Translations under genes and position numbers: made by a program
Source of the DNA: Candidatus Levybacteria bacterium GW2011_GWA1_37_16
Lineage (GTDB): Bacteria > Patescibacteriota > Microgenomatia > Levybacterales > UBA12049
Direction of reading: 5' to 3'
Assembly: GCA_943357985.1 (NCBI GenBank)
Contig: CALRGR010000006.1
Coordinates: 1-55,413 of the forward strand
Length of the DNA: 55,413 bases
Notes under the pieces: model-generated
The model's input: only the letters and a program-made list of their open reading frames with translations
The model's database searches: none
What the model was told of the DNA's origin: nothing
Shown: piece by piece, positions 1 through 9,909 of the stretch
How positions within the stretch are numbered: position 1 is the stretch's first letter
Layout: every line of letters begins with the position of its first letter

Positions 1-2
1 GA

Positions 3-1439
3 TCTGACTGTATCCAGCAGCCCGGCTCGGGAACAAGCTGCACAAATCAGCAATGCGTTGACCGCGGCCCTGTCACAATTTCGGGAAACATATTCACGGA
101 TTACAATGCAAATAGAATAAAGGACCCAGCCGAACCTACTTCTTCCTGCACGTATAATATAAGCGCTACTTATTTTAGTGCTCCTGGCGTTACCCCGGCT
201 CCGACCCCGGCCCCAACGGTTGGTCCGGGTTGTTATGGCGGATACCTTAGTGCCTGTCTTTATAATTGCGGCTTAGCAGGATATAACTGCCCAAATGGTG
301 GAAATAATTATTGTCCTTCCGCCTGTGCGCCTCTACCAACACCAATACCAACACCAATACCAACGCCTGCTCCCGTTGCCGTAAATCAAAGCGGAAGCAG
401 TTATTCTATAGCTAGTTCTCTGTACGGAACTTATACAGTTACTGCTTCTACTACATGCGGCACATTTACAGAACCGGCAGGCGGTTCTTTCTCTGTTATT
501 GCCGGCAATCAGCAAGTGTGCAGTACCGGCGGTTCTGCAAACGCATCATGCTATCTTGGCGGAATTAAAAACCTGCATTTTGGAGTAAAAGGCAATAATC
601 CATGGATTCAGTCAATTGGGGCCGACATAAGGCAAGACAGCGGGTTTTCCCAGCAGATTCCGGCAAATGCGTCCTGCGGTTCCTATGCATCTTTGCCAGG
701 CGCCGGCGGTTCTCCTGGGATTATTTATTCGGGAGGGAGTACTTCAAGCTTTGGAAGTGGACAAGCATCATCTACAAATTGGGTTGCAGGAGGAGCCACT
801 TATCCGTCAAACTATACTCCAGCCCGTCCAAATCTTATCCGTACGTCCTACAATTATCTTTTCTCAGTCGCAAAGCTTGCAGCTATTACACCTATTGATA
901 TTGGTATCTACTGTGCGGGCGGACTAAATGATTGTACGCTTCCTTCAAATCTTCCAAATGGTCTTTATATTTCAAATGGAAGCCTCACATTATCAAGCAC
1001 AACGTATACTTTTCCGGCAAACAAAAACTTTGTCATACTGGTAAACGGAAACTTGAATCTAAAAGGTAAAATATTAGTGCCAAGCGGTTCAACTGCCACA
1101 TTTTCATCTTCGGCAGACATAACAGTTGACAGAGGGGTTGGGCAAGCTAGTGTTTCTTCTACCAACTCTGATGTTGAAGGATTTTACTCAGCAGACAAAA
1201 ACTTTATAGCAGACGGGAATAATAACTGCGGAATAGGAACAGATCTTAGACTAAATATTGCAGGAGCAATTGTTGTAAACGCGGCACTGTCCGGCGGAAC
1301 TTTCCAGAATAACAGAAACCTTTGCGGAGGCAATGACAATTGTCCTGCGTTTTCAGTAAAAGAAAGACCGGATTTCGTACTTAATGCTCCTGAGTTTATA
1401 AAGCACCCAAGCTACATCTGGCAGGAATTAGCGCCGTAA
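3..1439 (+). CDS. 5'-truncated Cys-rich surface/pilus-associated protein with an SdrD-B-like motif and Pro/Thr linkers
   Basis: The frame of ORF 516..1439 stays open back to position 3 (SDCIQQPGSGTSC...ISGNIFTDYNANRIKDPAEP...PTPIPTPIPTP). It lies directly upstream of the pilX-pilMNO genes. Confidence 0.7.
   Translation, partial: SDCIQQPGSGTSCTNQQCVDRGPVTISGNIFTDYNANRIKDPAEPTSSCTYNISATYFSAPGVTPAPTPAPTVGPGCYGGYLSACLYNCGLAGYNCPNGGNNYCPSACAPLPTPIPTPIPTPAPVAVNQSGSSYSIASSLYGTYTVTASTTCGTFTEPAGGSFSVIAGNQQVCSTGGSANASCYLGGIKNLHFGVKGNNPWIQSIGADIRQDSGFSQQIPANASCGSYASLPGAGGSPGIIYSGGSTSSFGSGQASSTNWVAGGATYPSNYTPARPNLIRTSYNYLFSVAKLAAITPIDIGIYCAGGLNDCTLPSNLPNGLYISNGSLTLSSTTYTFPANKNFVILVNGNLNLKGKILVPSGSTATFSSSADITVDRGVGQASVSSTNSDVEGFYSADKNFIADGNNNCGIGTDLRLNIAGAIVVNAALSGGTFQNNRNLCGGNDNCPAFSVKERPDFVLNAPEFIKHPSYIWQELAP
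336..365 (+). repeat. CCAACACCAATA tandem repeat encoding a PTPI linker
   Basis: About 2.5 copies of a 12-mer, in frame. Confidence 0.8.
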
Positions 1440-1463
1440 AAAAGGCAGGACCCGTCCAAATGG

Positions 1464-1492
1464 TTGACACACAAGTCCACTCTTGTTACGCT
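1464..1492 (+). promoter_or_regulatory. sigma70 promoter giving a probably leaderless pilX-pilMNO transcript
   Basis: TTGACA-17 nt-(TG.)TACGCT, ATG 6 nt downstream. Confidence 0.6.
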
Positions 1493-1498
1493 AAAAGT

Positions 1499-2284
1499 AT
1501 GATCGGAAAAAGTCAAAATGGTCAAGTTCTCTTAATCATAGTTCTTATTATGGTTGTAGGTCTTACTGTGGGTCTTTCTCTTGCATCAAGGAGTATTGTA
1601 AGTCTTAGAACCTCGGAGGAAGAAATAACTTCTCAGCAAGCTCTTTCAGCAGCCGAAGCAGGCATTGAGCAAGCTTCAAAAACAAATACGGCTATTGCAA
1701 ATGGATCTTTTTTAAACAGTGCAACTTACAATACCTCAATTACTACGGTTTCCGGAAATAGTTTTCTGTTAAATGGAGGTAATTCAGTTTTAAAAGATGA
1801 TGCTGCGGATGTTTGGTTATCTGATTATTCAACAGATTCTGCAAAAATTTATAAGAACCCATGGAGCGGAAATTTGACTATTCTCTGGGGTAAAGGTAGT
1901 GCAGGTTGTACTCAAGCAGCTTTGGAAATTATTGTAATATCGGGAATTAAGGCCGCTCCCATAACACGCAAATATGCATTTGATCCATGCATAACCCGAA
2001 GCAGTACGAATAATTTTACCGCTCCTTCTGCCGGAGGATCATTCGGAGGTAAAAATTTTCCGTTTGGAGCAATAATCCCCATATCTAGTGGGCTAATTGT
2101 CCGCGTTGTTCCTCTTTACTCAGAAGCTTTGGTTGGAGTTTCTGCAGACTCAGTTCTGCCGTCTCAGGGCTTTATTGTTACATCTGTTGGAACTTCCGGA
2201 ACAGCCAGCAGGAAAGTAACCGTATTTCAAGGTTATCCAACTCTTCCCTCCGAGTATTTCCCATATGGTATTTTTTCTCCATAA
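1499..2284 (+). CDS. PilX-like minor pilin / pilus assembly protein
   Basis: GQVLLIIVLIMVVG...ALSAAEAGIE PilX N-terminal motif. Start moved to ATG 1499 on promoter position. Confidence 0.75.
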   Translation: MIGKSQNGQVLLIIVLIMVVGLTVGLSLASRSIVSLRTSEEEITSQQALSAAEAGIEQASKTNTAIANGSFLNSATYNTSITTVSGNSFLLNGGNSVLKDDAADVWLSDYSTDSAKIYKNPWSGNLTILWGKGSAGCTQAALEIIVISGIKAAPITRKYAFDPCITRSSTNNFTAPSAGGSFGGKNFPFGAIIPISSGLIVRVVPLYSEALVGVSADSVLPSQGFIVTSVGTSGTASRKVTVFQGYPTLPSEYFPYGIFSP

Positions 2285-2287
2285 CTA

Positions 2288-3316
2288 ATGAGTAAAAAAT
2301 CTTTCGGACTTGATATTGGGACAAAGACCATTAAGATGGTTTCCTTGTCGCCTAGTAAAGACGGGTTTATTCTTGACGCTTCAATAATTACCCCAATGCC
2401 TGAAAAGGGGATGTTGTCTGAGTCTCCTCTTGATGAAGAAGAAATGGCTACTGCTATAAAAAAAGCCTTAAATGACAGTGGAATCGAGAGTAAATTTGTA
2501 AACATTGCATTACCGGAAACTCAAATATATACAAAGGTCATTGAAATGCCTGCGCTTTCAGATAAAGAGCTGTCGTCTGCTATATATTGGGAGGCAGAGC
2601 AGTATATCCCTATTCCTCTTTCTAGCATAACTTTTGTCTGGAGTATTTTAAAAAGGCCTCAAAAGTTCACGGCCGGAGACAAGATGGAAGTTTTAATGGT
2701 GGGAGCCCCAACTACGCTAGTTAATAAGTATAAGAAGATTATAAGCATGGCGGGTTTAACTGTAGTTTCTATGGAAACACAAATACTTTCTGCAATTAGA
2801 GCTTTGGTTGGTTCTCAATTTCCCCCGTCTCTTCTGGTTGACATAGGTGAAGTAAGTACATGTCTGGCTATAGTTAAAGATGGCATAATGATTTTTACTT
2901 ATTCAACTCCTACTGGCGGAGGTGCAATTAGCAGAGCAATTGCTTCAAGCTTTGGATTTTCAGCAGCCGAAGCTGAACAGTACAAAAAAACCTATGGATT
3001 TGCTGACCGTGTTTTTGGAGGGAAAATAGGTCTTGCAGCGCATCCTATTCTTATGACAATTCTAACAGAAGTAAAAAAGGCGCTCTCTTTTTATGACCAA
3101 AAATACAAAGACGAGCCAATTAAGCAAATTCTTTTATCCGGAGGAACTGCAAAGCTTCCGGGCATTGATGCTTTTTTTGCAAATAATTCGGGCATTGAAA
3201 CTGTTATTGCCACTCCATGGAAGCGCTTGGCAAGTCAGCAAATTCCAAAACAGATTTTAGACAACGGTGCAGAGTACACAATTGCTGCAGGTCTTGCCAT
3301 GAGGGATTATGAATAA
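2288..3316 (+). CDS. pilM: type IV pilus assembly protein PilM
   Basis: GLDIG, WEAEQYIP, LVDIG and LSGGTAKL actin-like motifs. Confidence 0.93.
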   Translation: MSKKSFGLDIGTKTIKMVSLSPSKDGFILDASIITPMPEKGMLSESPLDEEEMATAIKKALNDSGIESKFVNIALPETQIYTKVIEMPALSDKELSSAIYWEAEQYIPIPLSSITFVWSILKRPQKFTAGDKMEVLMVGAPTTLVNKYKKIISMAGLTVVSMETQILSAIRALVGSQFPPSLLVDIGEVSTCLAIVKDGIMIFTYSTPTGGGAISRAIASSFGFSAAEAEQYKKTYGFADRVFGGKIGLAAHPILMTILTEVKKALSFYDQKYKDEPIKQILLSGGTAKLPGIDAFFANNSGIETVIATPWKRLASQQIPKQILDNGAEYTIAAGLAMRDYE

Positions 3317-3845
3317 CGACATAAATCTTATTTCTGGAGATTTGGGTGTCTCACAACGGGCAACATGGAAACTTGATAGAGTCAAGCTTATTGCTAAGGT
3401 TACTGTACTTGGAGTAGGTCTTCTTTCAATACTACTCTTTCTTCTTAGTCGTGTATTTTCTCCTCAATCAATTATAAAACAGCAGAACGAAGTAATTGCG
3501 GGTATTGCCATTCTTGCCGATAAACAAGCAAAATTAATAGTTTTAAATCAGCGGGTAAATGATATTTCAACGATATTTAAAAAAAGAAAAAACTATGATC
3601 TTGTTTTAAGCGCCATTATTGCGGACTTCCCTGCCAATATTTCCATAACATCTCTTTCTGTAGACAAGTCAAAGATATCTGCAATAGTAAGCTCATCCTC
3701 TCTTATTTCTTTGAATGATTTTATAGATTCACTTAAGGGGATGGTTGAAAAGAAGCAATTTCTAAAAAATGTAACTATAAATAACCTTAATTTGAACGGT
3801 AAAACTTCAGGGTATATATTAACTTTAGATATGGATTTACTATGA
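3309..3845 (+). CDS. pilN: PilN-like pilus assembly protein
   Basis: INL motif, one TM helix, coiled coil; follows pilM. Confidence 0.75.
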   Translation: MNNDINLISGDLGVSQRATWKLDRVKLIAKVTVLGVGLLSILLFLLSRVFSPQSIIKQQNEVIAGIAILADKQAKLIVLNQRVNDISTIFKKRKNYDLVLSAIIADFPANISITSLSVDKSKISAIVSSSSLISLNDFIDSLKGMVEKKQFLKNVTINNLNLNGKTSGYILTLDMDLL

Positions 3846-4573
3846 ATAAAGATATAACTTTAGATTCCCAAACTTTAAAATCCTTATACGGAAATAATAA
3901 ACAGTATGTTATGCCGTTTGTTATGTTTTTTGTGTCTCTCATTCTTATTTTTGTTACAATTCTGCCGCAGTTTAATGATTTACTGTCTACTTTATCACAG
4001 CGGGAGGATGAAACTGCAAAGCTGCAAATTCTAAAAAATAATCTTATTTTTTTGACAAACACAGATGAAACCACTCTCAATTTTGAACTTGAGACTTCTT
4101 TGAAAGCCCTGCCGCAGACTAAGGATTTTGAAAGTGTTTTAAAATCCATATCCTTGGCGGCAAGTAAAGCAGGTGTGGGCTTGGGAAATTTTGAATTTAA
4201 AGTTGGAAATATTTTAAAAACTGAGTCAGGTAATGATCAACTTCCATCTCTTGCGGTTAAGATTATCATAAATGATGGAGTGGGCGGCGCTGCCCGTTTT
4301 ATGACTAATCTTGCAACGTTGCTTCCAATATCCGAGGTGAAATCCGTGGATATAAATGGAAATTATACAAACCTCAATCTTGTATTCTATTATAAAAATT
4401 TACCCTCTATAAAGGTAGCGCCTGATGTTAAACTTGTTCCTTTGTCATCTAAACAAACGCAGCTTCTAAAAGAAATTTCGTCTTGGGACAGTGGATCTAC
4501 TCCTTTTTTAGCCGTGCCAGAGCTTGAGTCTCCCACTGCTTCGCCTGCCTCAAATTCTAGTGTGCCTTTTTAA
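3842..4573 (+). CDS. pilO: PilO-like pilus assembly protein
   Basis: N-terminal TM, coiled coil, ALP motif; ATGA overlap with pilN. Confidence 0.7.
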   Translation: MNKDITLDSQTLKSLYGNNKQYVMPFVMFFVSLILIFVTILPQFNDLLSTLSQREDETAKLQILKNNLIFLTNTDETTLNFELETSLKALPQTKDFESVLKSISLAASKAGVGLGNFEFKVGNILKTESGNDQLPSLAVKIIINDGVGGAARFMTNLATLLPISEVKSVDINGNYTNLNLVFYYKNLPSIKVAPDVKLVPLSSKQTQLLKEISSWDSGSTPFLAVPELESPTASPASNSSVPF

Positions 4574-5243
4574 GAAGATCCGGTCTTAATTTGATTGTAA
4601 CTTTTTTTGACTCCTCTTTTTTCCATTGTTTGATTTTTTCATGGTTGCCCGAAATAAGTGTTTTAGGAACGGAAAGGTTATTGTAAATTCCGGGTCTGGT
4701 ATATTGAGGGTATTCAAGCGTTCCTTCAGAAAATGATTCGTCATCTGTTACGCCTTCTGGTAATACTCCTGTTATAAGTCTTACAACGGCATCTGTTACA
4801 AGCATGGCAGGGATTTCTCCTCCTGTTGTTATGAAATCTCCTACGGAAATTTCTTCATCAATAAAATTTTGCGTTCTGGCGTCGATTCCTTCGTAATGTC
4901 CGCAAACAAGTATTAAATGTGAAAGTTTTGAAAATTCTTCCGCTTTTTTTTGTTCAAAAGATTTTCCCTGTGGACCAAGAAAGACAACTCTTTGCTCTTT
5001 CCTGCTAAGGTTTTTGTCTAAGGAATGATTAATTGCTTCTGCCAGCACATCAACCCTAATAACCATTCCTTTTCCGCCTCCATAGGCTTTGTCGTCAACA
5101 GTTTTATGTTTTCCCAGGCCAAAGTCTCTAATGTCTATAGAATTAATTTCTACCAGTTTTTTGTCCCTTGCTCTTTTTACTATCGAATAGTCAAAGGGGC
5201 CTGTAAACATTTGGGGAAATAAAGTGAGAATGGATATTTTCAC
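4557..5243 (-). CDS. trmD: tRNA (guanine37-N1)-methyltransferase
   Basis: ILTLFP, VDDKAYGGG, CGHYEGID, LEYPQYTRP, SGNH. Confidence 0.97.
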   Translation of the reverse strand: MKISILTLFPQMFTGPFDYSIVKRARDKKLVEINSIDIRDFGLGKHKTVDDKAYGGGKGMVIRVDVLAEAINHSLDKNLSRKEQRVVFLGPQGKSFEQKKAEEFSKLSHLILVCGHYEGIDARTQNFIDEEISVGDFITTGGEIPAMLVTDAVVRLITGVLPEGVTDDESFSEGTLEYPQYTRPGIYNNLSVPKTLISGNHEKIKQWKKEESKKVTIKLRPDLLKKAH

Positions 5244-5249
5244 TTGGTC

Positions 5250-5483
5250 TTAAGCGGTTTCTTCTAAGCTTATGTTTATTCTTTTATCAACTCTTATTGC
5301 CGGAATTCTCATTACGTTCCTAATTGCTCTAATTACTTTTCCTTCTTTTCCTATGATTTTTCCCATGTTGTCTTTTACAACATGAACAGTGAAGTTTGTA
5401 ACCCCGTCTTCTTCTGATTCATCTATCTTTATTTCTTCTGTACTAAGAATTGAGGAGATAATATATTCAAGTGTTTGTTTCAT
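5250..5483 (-). CDS. khpA: KH-domain RNA-binding protein KhpA
   Basis: MGKIIGKEGKVIRAIR; lies between rpsP and trmD. Confidence 0.88.
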   Translation of the reverse strand: MKQTLEYIISSILSTEEIKIDESEEDGVTNFTVHVVKDNMGKIIGKEGKVIRAIRNVMRIPAIRVDKRINISLEETA

Positions 5484-5710
5484 TATTTAGCTAATCTTGC
5501 GACCGTGTCTGAAGGTTTAGCGCCTACTGAAATCCAGTATTTAAATCTATCCATATCAATGGATTTTGATTCTTCTTTGCCCCTTTTTTCATACCAGCCT
5601 AAGGTTTCAATTGCGCGCCCATCCCGGTCGGAGCGTTTTTCTTTAACTACGATTCTGTACTTTTTTTCTCCCTTCCGGCCTGTTTTTGTAAGTCTAATTG
5701 TTACTGCCAT
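5483..5710 (-). CDS. rpsP: 30S ribosomal protein S16
   Basis: IRL...YRIVV...RDGRAIETLGWY...GAKPSDTV. Confidence 0.97.
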   Translation of the reverse strand: MAVTIRLTKTGRKGEKKYRIVVKEKRSDRDGRAIETLGWYEKRGKEESKSIDMDRFKYWISVGAKPSDTVARLAK

Positions 5711-5725
5711 GGGTGTATTTTATCA

Positions 5726-6397
5726 TTATTTTGTTTTTTCCTCAAGTCCTTCGTTTGATAGTGCATTCTCCGCAGCATCTTTTTCTGCATCTTGCTTTGA
5801 GCGGCCCTTACCTATTCCTAAAACTCTATCATCTATTGTTACTTTTACTGTAAATACTTTATTGTGGGCTGGGCCTTGCTCATCTACAACTTTATACAAA
5901 AGATGAGATTGTCCTTTTGATTGAACAAATTCCTGAAGCAGGCTTTTTGCATCTTTTAAAGTTTTATCCGCCAGTGTTTCTGCCTTAGGAAGTAAAACTT
6001 CATTTAAGAATTGCGAAACTGCAGTAATTCCCTGGTCTATAAATAACGCTCCAACATATGCCTCAAAACTATCTGCCAGAAGGCTTTTGTTTTCTCTTCC
6101 TTTTAGTTGTTCTTCTCCCTTGGAAAGCCTCAAAAGACTTCCGAATTCAAGATTTCTTCCGACTTGCGCAAGGCTTTCGGTGTTTACCATTAGAGACCGC
6201 ATATTTGTGAGCTCTCCTTCATTGAAATTGGGATACTTTCTATATAAAAACTCAGAAACTACAAATGAGATTATGCTGTCTCCTAAAAACTCCATTCTTT
6301 CATTTGAAGAAATATCTTCTTTTGTTTCATTAAGATATGATCTGTGAGTAAATGCCTGAGTAAATAAATTTTTATTTTTGAGTTTTGGTAATGCCAT
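5726..6397 (-). CDS. rnc: ribonuclease III
   Basis: [24 protein letters not shown]-terminal dsRBD. Confidence 0.97.
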   Translation of the reverse strand: MALPKLKNKNLFTQAFTHRSYLNETKEDISSNERMEFLGDSIISFVVSEFLYRKYPNFNEGELTNMRSLMVNTESLAQVGRNLEFGSLLRLSKGEEQLKGRENKSLLADSFEAYVGALFIDQGITAVSQFLNEVLLPKAETLADKTLKDAKSLLQEFVQSKGQSHLLYKVVDEQGPAHNKVFTVKVTIDDRVLGIGKGRSKQDAEKDAAENALSNEGLEEKTK

Positions 6398-6740
6398 CTT
6401 TTATAATATTTCCAAGCGCGCCGTTTATAAACGCCGGGCTTGTTTCTCCTCCGTACTCTTTAGAAAGTTCTACTGCTTCATCAATTATAACTTTTGGCGG
6501 CTGACTTTTCTCTATTAGAAGTTCATATGTGGCAAGACGCAAAATTGCCAAGTCAATTTTGTTTATTTTATCAATTGGAAATTCCGGAGCAGCTTTTTCA
6601 ATATAAGCATTAATAAAATCTTTATTTTCAATTATGGTTTTTGCATCATTGATTACTGGTTGTTTATGAAAATCAAACTTAAATAAAGCTTCAACTATTT
6701 TTTGTCGTTTTTTGTGCCTTGGGTCAAGAGCGGTTTTCAT
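6372..6740 (-). CDS. nusB: transcription antitermination factor NusB
   Basis: [34 protein letters not shown]. Confidence 0.93.
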   Translation of the reverse strand: MKTALDPRHKKRQKIVEALFKFDFHKQPVINDAKTIIENKDFINAYIEKAAPEFPIDKINKIDLAILRLATYELLIEKSQPPKVIIDEAVELSKEYGGETSPAFINGALGNIIKDGITKTQK

Positions 6741-6952
6741 TAGACTGTGGGCTTCGGTTCGATTTCTTTTTTAACTGTCTTTGCAAAAACGGAAGTCCCC
6801 TTGTAGTATCCGCAGTTTTTACAAACTTTATGAGGGCTTGCGGAAGCTTTACAATTTGGGCATGTAATTACATGAGAAGCCTTAAGCACTATAGATGCTC
6901 TTCTCTTCCCTTTTCTTTGAGTTGAATGTCTGCGTTTCGGTTCGTGTGGCAC
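6740..6952 (-). CDS. rpmF: 50S ribosomal protein L32
   Basis: PKRRHS...CPNC...PHKVCKNCGYYKG; GTG start. Confidence 0.95.
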   Translation of the reverse strand: MPHEPKRRHSTQRKGKRRASIVLKASHVITCPNCKASASPHKVCKNCGYYKGTSVFAKTVKKEIEPKPTV

Positions 6953-6958
6953 GACTGT

Positions 6959-6987
6959 ATTTTATCTTATTTGAGGGTAGGTTGCAA
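6959..6987 (-). promoter_or_regulatory. sigma70 promoter of rpmF (leaderless)
   Basis: TTGCAA-17 nt-TAAAAT, GTG 6 nt downstream. Confidence 0.65.
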
Positions 6988-7005
6988 TAACTAGGTTTTT
7001 TATTT

Positions 7006-7743
7006 TTAAGTAGAATTTGAAGGTAGAGTTGAAAGTTTATTAAAATAAGGTTTAATTTCCGCGGGCCTGTAGCCAAAAGTGTGGAAATTCTCAAGCTCCC
7101 ATTTTGCAAATTGTCTAATTTCCTCTTTTGCATATGGAGATTGAAGTGCCTGGATTAATGCTTCTGTTGGTTTCACAATTACACTGAATGAATGAGCTAA
7201 TTGGGTGCGTCTTTTTGCTGGTGTAAGATCATCCCCGTTAAATACATGGCTTAGGCCAAATCTCGAAGCTTGAATTTTATCTATTAAATCGGTAAGCTGC
7301 ACTTCTTTATCATTTTTCCCCTTCTCTACATAGCGACTATAAAGGTTCATAGTCAATTCTCTTAGGGGTTGGTTTTTGATTCTTTTTGCTATTGCTAGTC
7401 TAAAACTTAAACGTTCTCTTCTTTTTACAGGTCCTCTAAGGGAGTCATAGTTTGGATTAAGATGAGAAAGATCTCCAGCTAAAATTTCTCCTGCGTCATG
7501 AATATAAATCATGTGGGCAACTGTTGTAGCGTTAATCTCATTAAACATATGAGGAAAACGTTCTTGCATTTCTTCTAGTATCAAAAGCATTCCGTTAACA
7601 TGTTGAAGATCGGACTCTTCTCTGTCTGAAGATATTGATCCGTCTTTCCAACGTTGCACTTGTGAGAGTTGTCCTTCGTATTCTTGTTTTAATTCTTCAG
7701 GAATTGGGGGCCTGTATGTATGTTTTCTCTCTGCATTTGTCAT
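7006..7743 (-). CDS. HD-domain phosphohydrolase (YfbR/HDDC2-like)
   Basis: QRW...ESDLQH...IHDAGEILAGD...DLIDK. Confidence 0.75.
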   Translation of the reverse strand: MTNAERKHTYRPPIPEELKQEYEGQLSQVQRWKDGSISSDREESDLQHVNGMLLILEEMQERFPHMFNEINATTVAHMIYIHDAGEILAGDLSHLNPNYDSLRGPVKRRERLSFRLAIAKRIKNQPLRELTMNLYSRYVEKGKNDKEVQLTDLIDKIQASRFGLSHVFNGDDLTPAKRRTQLAHSFSVIVKPTEALIQALQSPYAKEEIRQFAKWELENFHTFGYRPAEIKPYFNKLSTLPSNST

Positions 7744-7750
7744 GGACTAC

Positions 7751-7779
7751 ATATTAATTAGCAGGATAAATTGTGTCAA
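7751..7779 (-). promoter_or_regulatory. sigma70 promoter of the HD gene (leaderless)
   Basis: TTGACA-17 nt-TAATAT, ATG 7 nt downstream. Confidence 0.65.
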
Positions 7780-7782
7780 GAG

Positions 7783-9798
7783 TTAATCTGGGGAGATTTG
7801 GGAGGAGGCAATGTTGTTTAGTTCTCTTTCGAGGGCGGGGAATTTTGATAATCTCGGCAAGATTTTTTCTGCTTCAGCGTTTGCCCGTTGGATTAAGGAA
7901 GTATCGGAAAAGCTTGCGACTTTTAATTTTGGCATTCCATGTTGCATGGTTCCAAAGATATCTCCGGGGCCTCTTAGCTTTAAATCAAGCTCGGCAAGCT
8001 CTGCGCCGTTTTGAATGCTTTCCATTCCCTTAAGACGTACCGATGCTTGCGGACTTTTAGATTCTGTAAAAAGCAAACAATATGATTGCATGTCTGACCT
8101 CCCTACCCTACCCCTTAATTGATGAAGTTGAGATAGTCCAAACCTTTCTGCTGCTTCAATTACAATTATGGTAGCATTTGGAATATCAATTCCTACTTCT
8201 ACCAAAGGCGTTGCAACTAAAATATCAAATTTCTTATTTTTAAAGTCTTCCATAATTTTTTGTTTTTCCTTTGATTTCATCTTCCCGTGTAGGAGCTCGA
8301 GCTTCAGGTTTTTAAGTGAATCTTTTTTGAGCTTTTCAAATTCTACTGTTGCAGCTTTAATTGTCTGCATTGTTTCAGATTCTTCTATGAAAGGACAAAT
8401 AATAAATGCCTGAGTTTTATTTGTTTTAATTTCTTTTTCAATCCATTTATATGCATCTTCTCTTTTTAAATTTGGAGTAAGCCAGGTTTTTATAACTTTT
8501 CTGCCGTGCGGCATATCACGCAAATATGAAACATCCAAATCCCCATAAATAGTAAGCGCAACAGTTCTGGGAATTGGAGTTGCCGTCATTGTTAAAAAGT
8601 GCGGATTGTTTCCCTTCAATCTTGCGATACTTCTTTGCTCCACTCCAAACCTTTGTTGTTCATCAATAACAACTAGCCCCAATTCCGACGGATCTATCTT
8701 TTTAAATAATACCGAATGAGTTCCTACTAAAATATCAAAGTCTCCTTTTAATTTTGAAGAACTTGTTGCAAGCCCCACCTTAAGTCCAGTTTTGTCAAAG
8801 AGATTCGATATGGTTTTGTAATGTTGTTGTGCCAGAATTTCCGTTGGAGCCATTAGTACCGATTTATATCCATTGAGATGGGATATGTACATGGAGACCA
8901 TTGCAACAACTGTCTTGCCACTCCCAACGTCTCCCTGAAGAAGTCTATTCATTGGTTTGTCTTGGTTCAAATCTTTTAATATTTCCTCAATAGCTTTTTC
9001 TTGAGAATTCGTCAGATTGAACGGAAGAGATTTGTAGAATGCTGATAATTCTTTCTCGAACTGTTTAATACCAAGCGGTATTCCTTTTACTTCTTCAATC
9101 CATTCTTCTCTTTTTGTTTTAGCTTTAAGTTGTAAAAGAAATAATTCGTCAAAAGCTAACCTTTCTCTTGCCTTATTTGCTTCATCTAAGTTTTTTGGAA
9201 AGTGAATTTGGGAAAGTGCATTTCTGAGTGGAAGTAATTTCTCGTTGGAAATAATCTCGCTTGGCAAAAAATCCGGAAAGTTGTCAGGAATTTCGTCCAG
9301 GAATTTCCTAACTTGGCGTCTTATCCATTTAGAACTTATTCCACGGGTCTCGGGATAAATCGGAACAAGTCTTCCCGTATGAATCGGTTCTTTCTCGGTC
9401 AAGAGTTCATAGTCAGGAGCAACCATCATAATCGAATTTTTGTCCGTACTTACCTTTCCAGATAGTGCAATTTTGTCCCCGACGCTTATGGTTTTGGCAA
9501 GATAGGATTGGTTAAACCATAGAATATCTATTACTCCGGTTGAGTCTTTTACTTTTGCTCTTTGAAGATTTTTCCATCGTTTAGTATATTGATTTTTCAT
9601 TTCCAACACTTCCCCATTTATAGTTACAGTTTCTCCGGGTTGGACATCCGAAATTTTTGAGATGAGTGAGAAGTCGTCATATCTAAAAGGGATATGGAGC
9701 AAAAAATCCCAAGGAGTTCTAATTTCCAGTTTCTCAAGCCTTCCGGCAAGCATTTTAAAATTTCTGCCGGTATCTTTTATGGGAGCATGAAGATCCAT
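7783..9798 (-). CDS. recG: ATP-dependent DNA helicase RecG
   Basis: RLLQGDVGSGKT, DEQQRFG, MTATPIPRT, QLHQLRGRVGR; start taken as ATG 9798 (MDLHAP). Confidence 0.96.
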   Translation of the reverse strand: MDLHAPIKDTGRNFKMLAGRLEKLEIRTPWDFLLHIPFRYDDFSLISKISDVQPGETVTINGEVLEMKNQYTKRWKNLQRAKVKDSTGVIDILWFNQSYLAKTISVGDKIALSGKVSTDKNSIMMVAPDYELLTEKEPIHTGRLVPIYPETRGISSKWIRRQVRKFLDEIPDNFPDFLPSEIISNEKLLPLRNALSQIHFPKNLDEANKARERLAFDELFLLQLKAKTKREEWIEEVKGIPLGIKQFEKELSAFYKSLPFNLTNSQEKAIEEILKDLNQDKPMNRLLQGDVGSGKTVVAMVSMYISHLNGYKSVLMAPTEILAQQHYKTISNLFDKTGLKVGLATSSSKLKGDFDILVGTHSVLFKKIDPSELGLVVIDEQQRFGVEQRSIARLKGNNPHFLTMTATPIPRTVALTIYGDLDVSYLRDMPHGRKVIKTWLTPNLKREDAYKWIEKEIKTNKTQAFIICPFIEESETMQTIKAATVEFEKLKKDSLKNLKLELLHGKMKSKEKQKIMEDFKNKKFDILVATPLVEVGIDIPNATIIVIEAAERFGLSQLHQLRGRVGRSDMQSYCLLFTESKSPQASVRLKGMESIQNGAELAELDLKLRGPGDIFGTMQHGMPKLKVASFSDTSLIQRANAEAEKILPRLSKFPALERELNNIASSQISPD

Positions 9799-9800
9799 AG

Positions 9801-9908
9801 TTACTGAAGTAAGATGAGAAAAGGCAGGAATGAAGTAGCAATTAGCGCAAGAGTTACAGTTATTATTATAGCTTTCCCAATCCAAGTATGTTTTCTGAAA
9901 AACTCCAT
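9801..9908 (-). CDS. 35-aa single-TM small protein, not in the ORF track
   Basis: MEFFRKHTWIGKAIIITVTLALIATSFLPFLILLQ*; fills the tyrS-recG gap with 1-nt and 2-nt spacers. Confidence 0.7.
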   Translation of the reverse strand: MEFFRKHTWIGKAIIITVTLALIATSFLPFLILLQ

Positions 9909-9909
9909 A

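Noticed and set aside
9799-9885. N-terminal extension of RecG in the ORF track
   Set aside because: Implausible sequence overlapping a better small ORF; ATG 9798 fits
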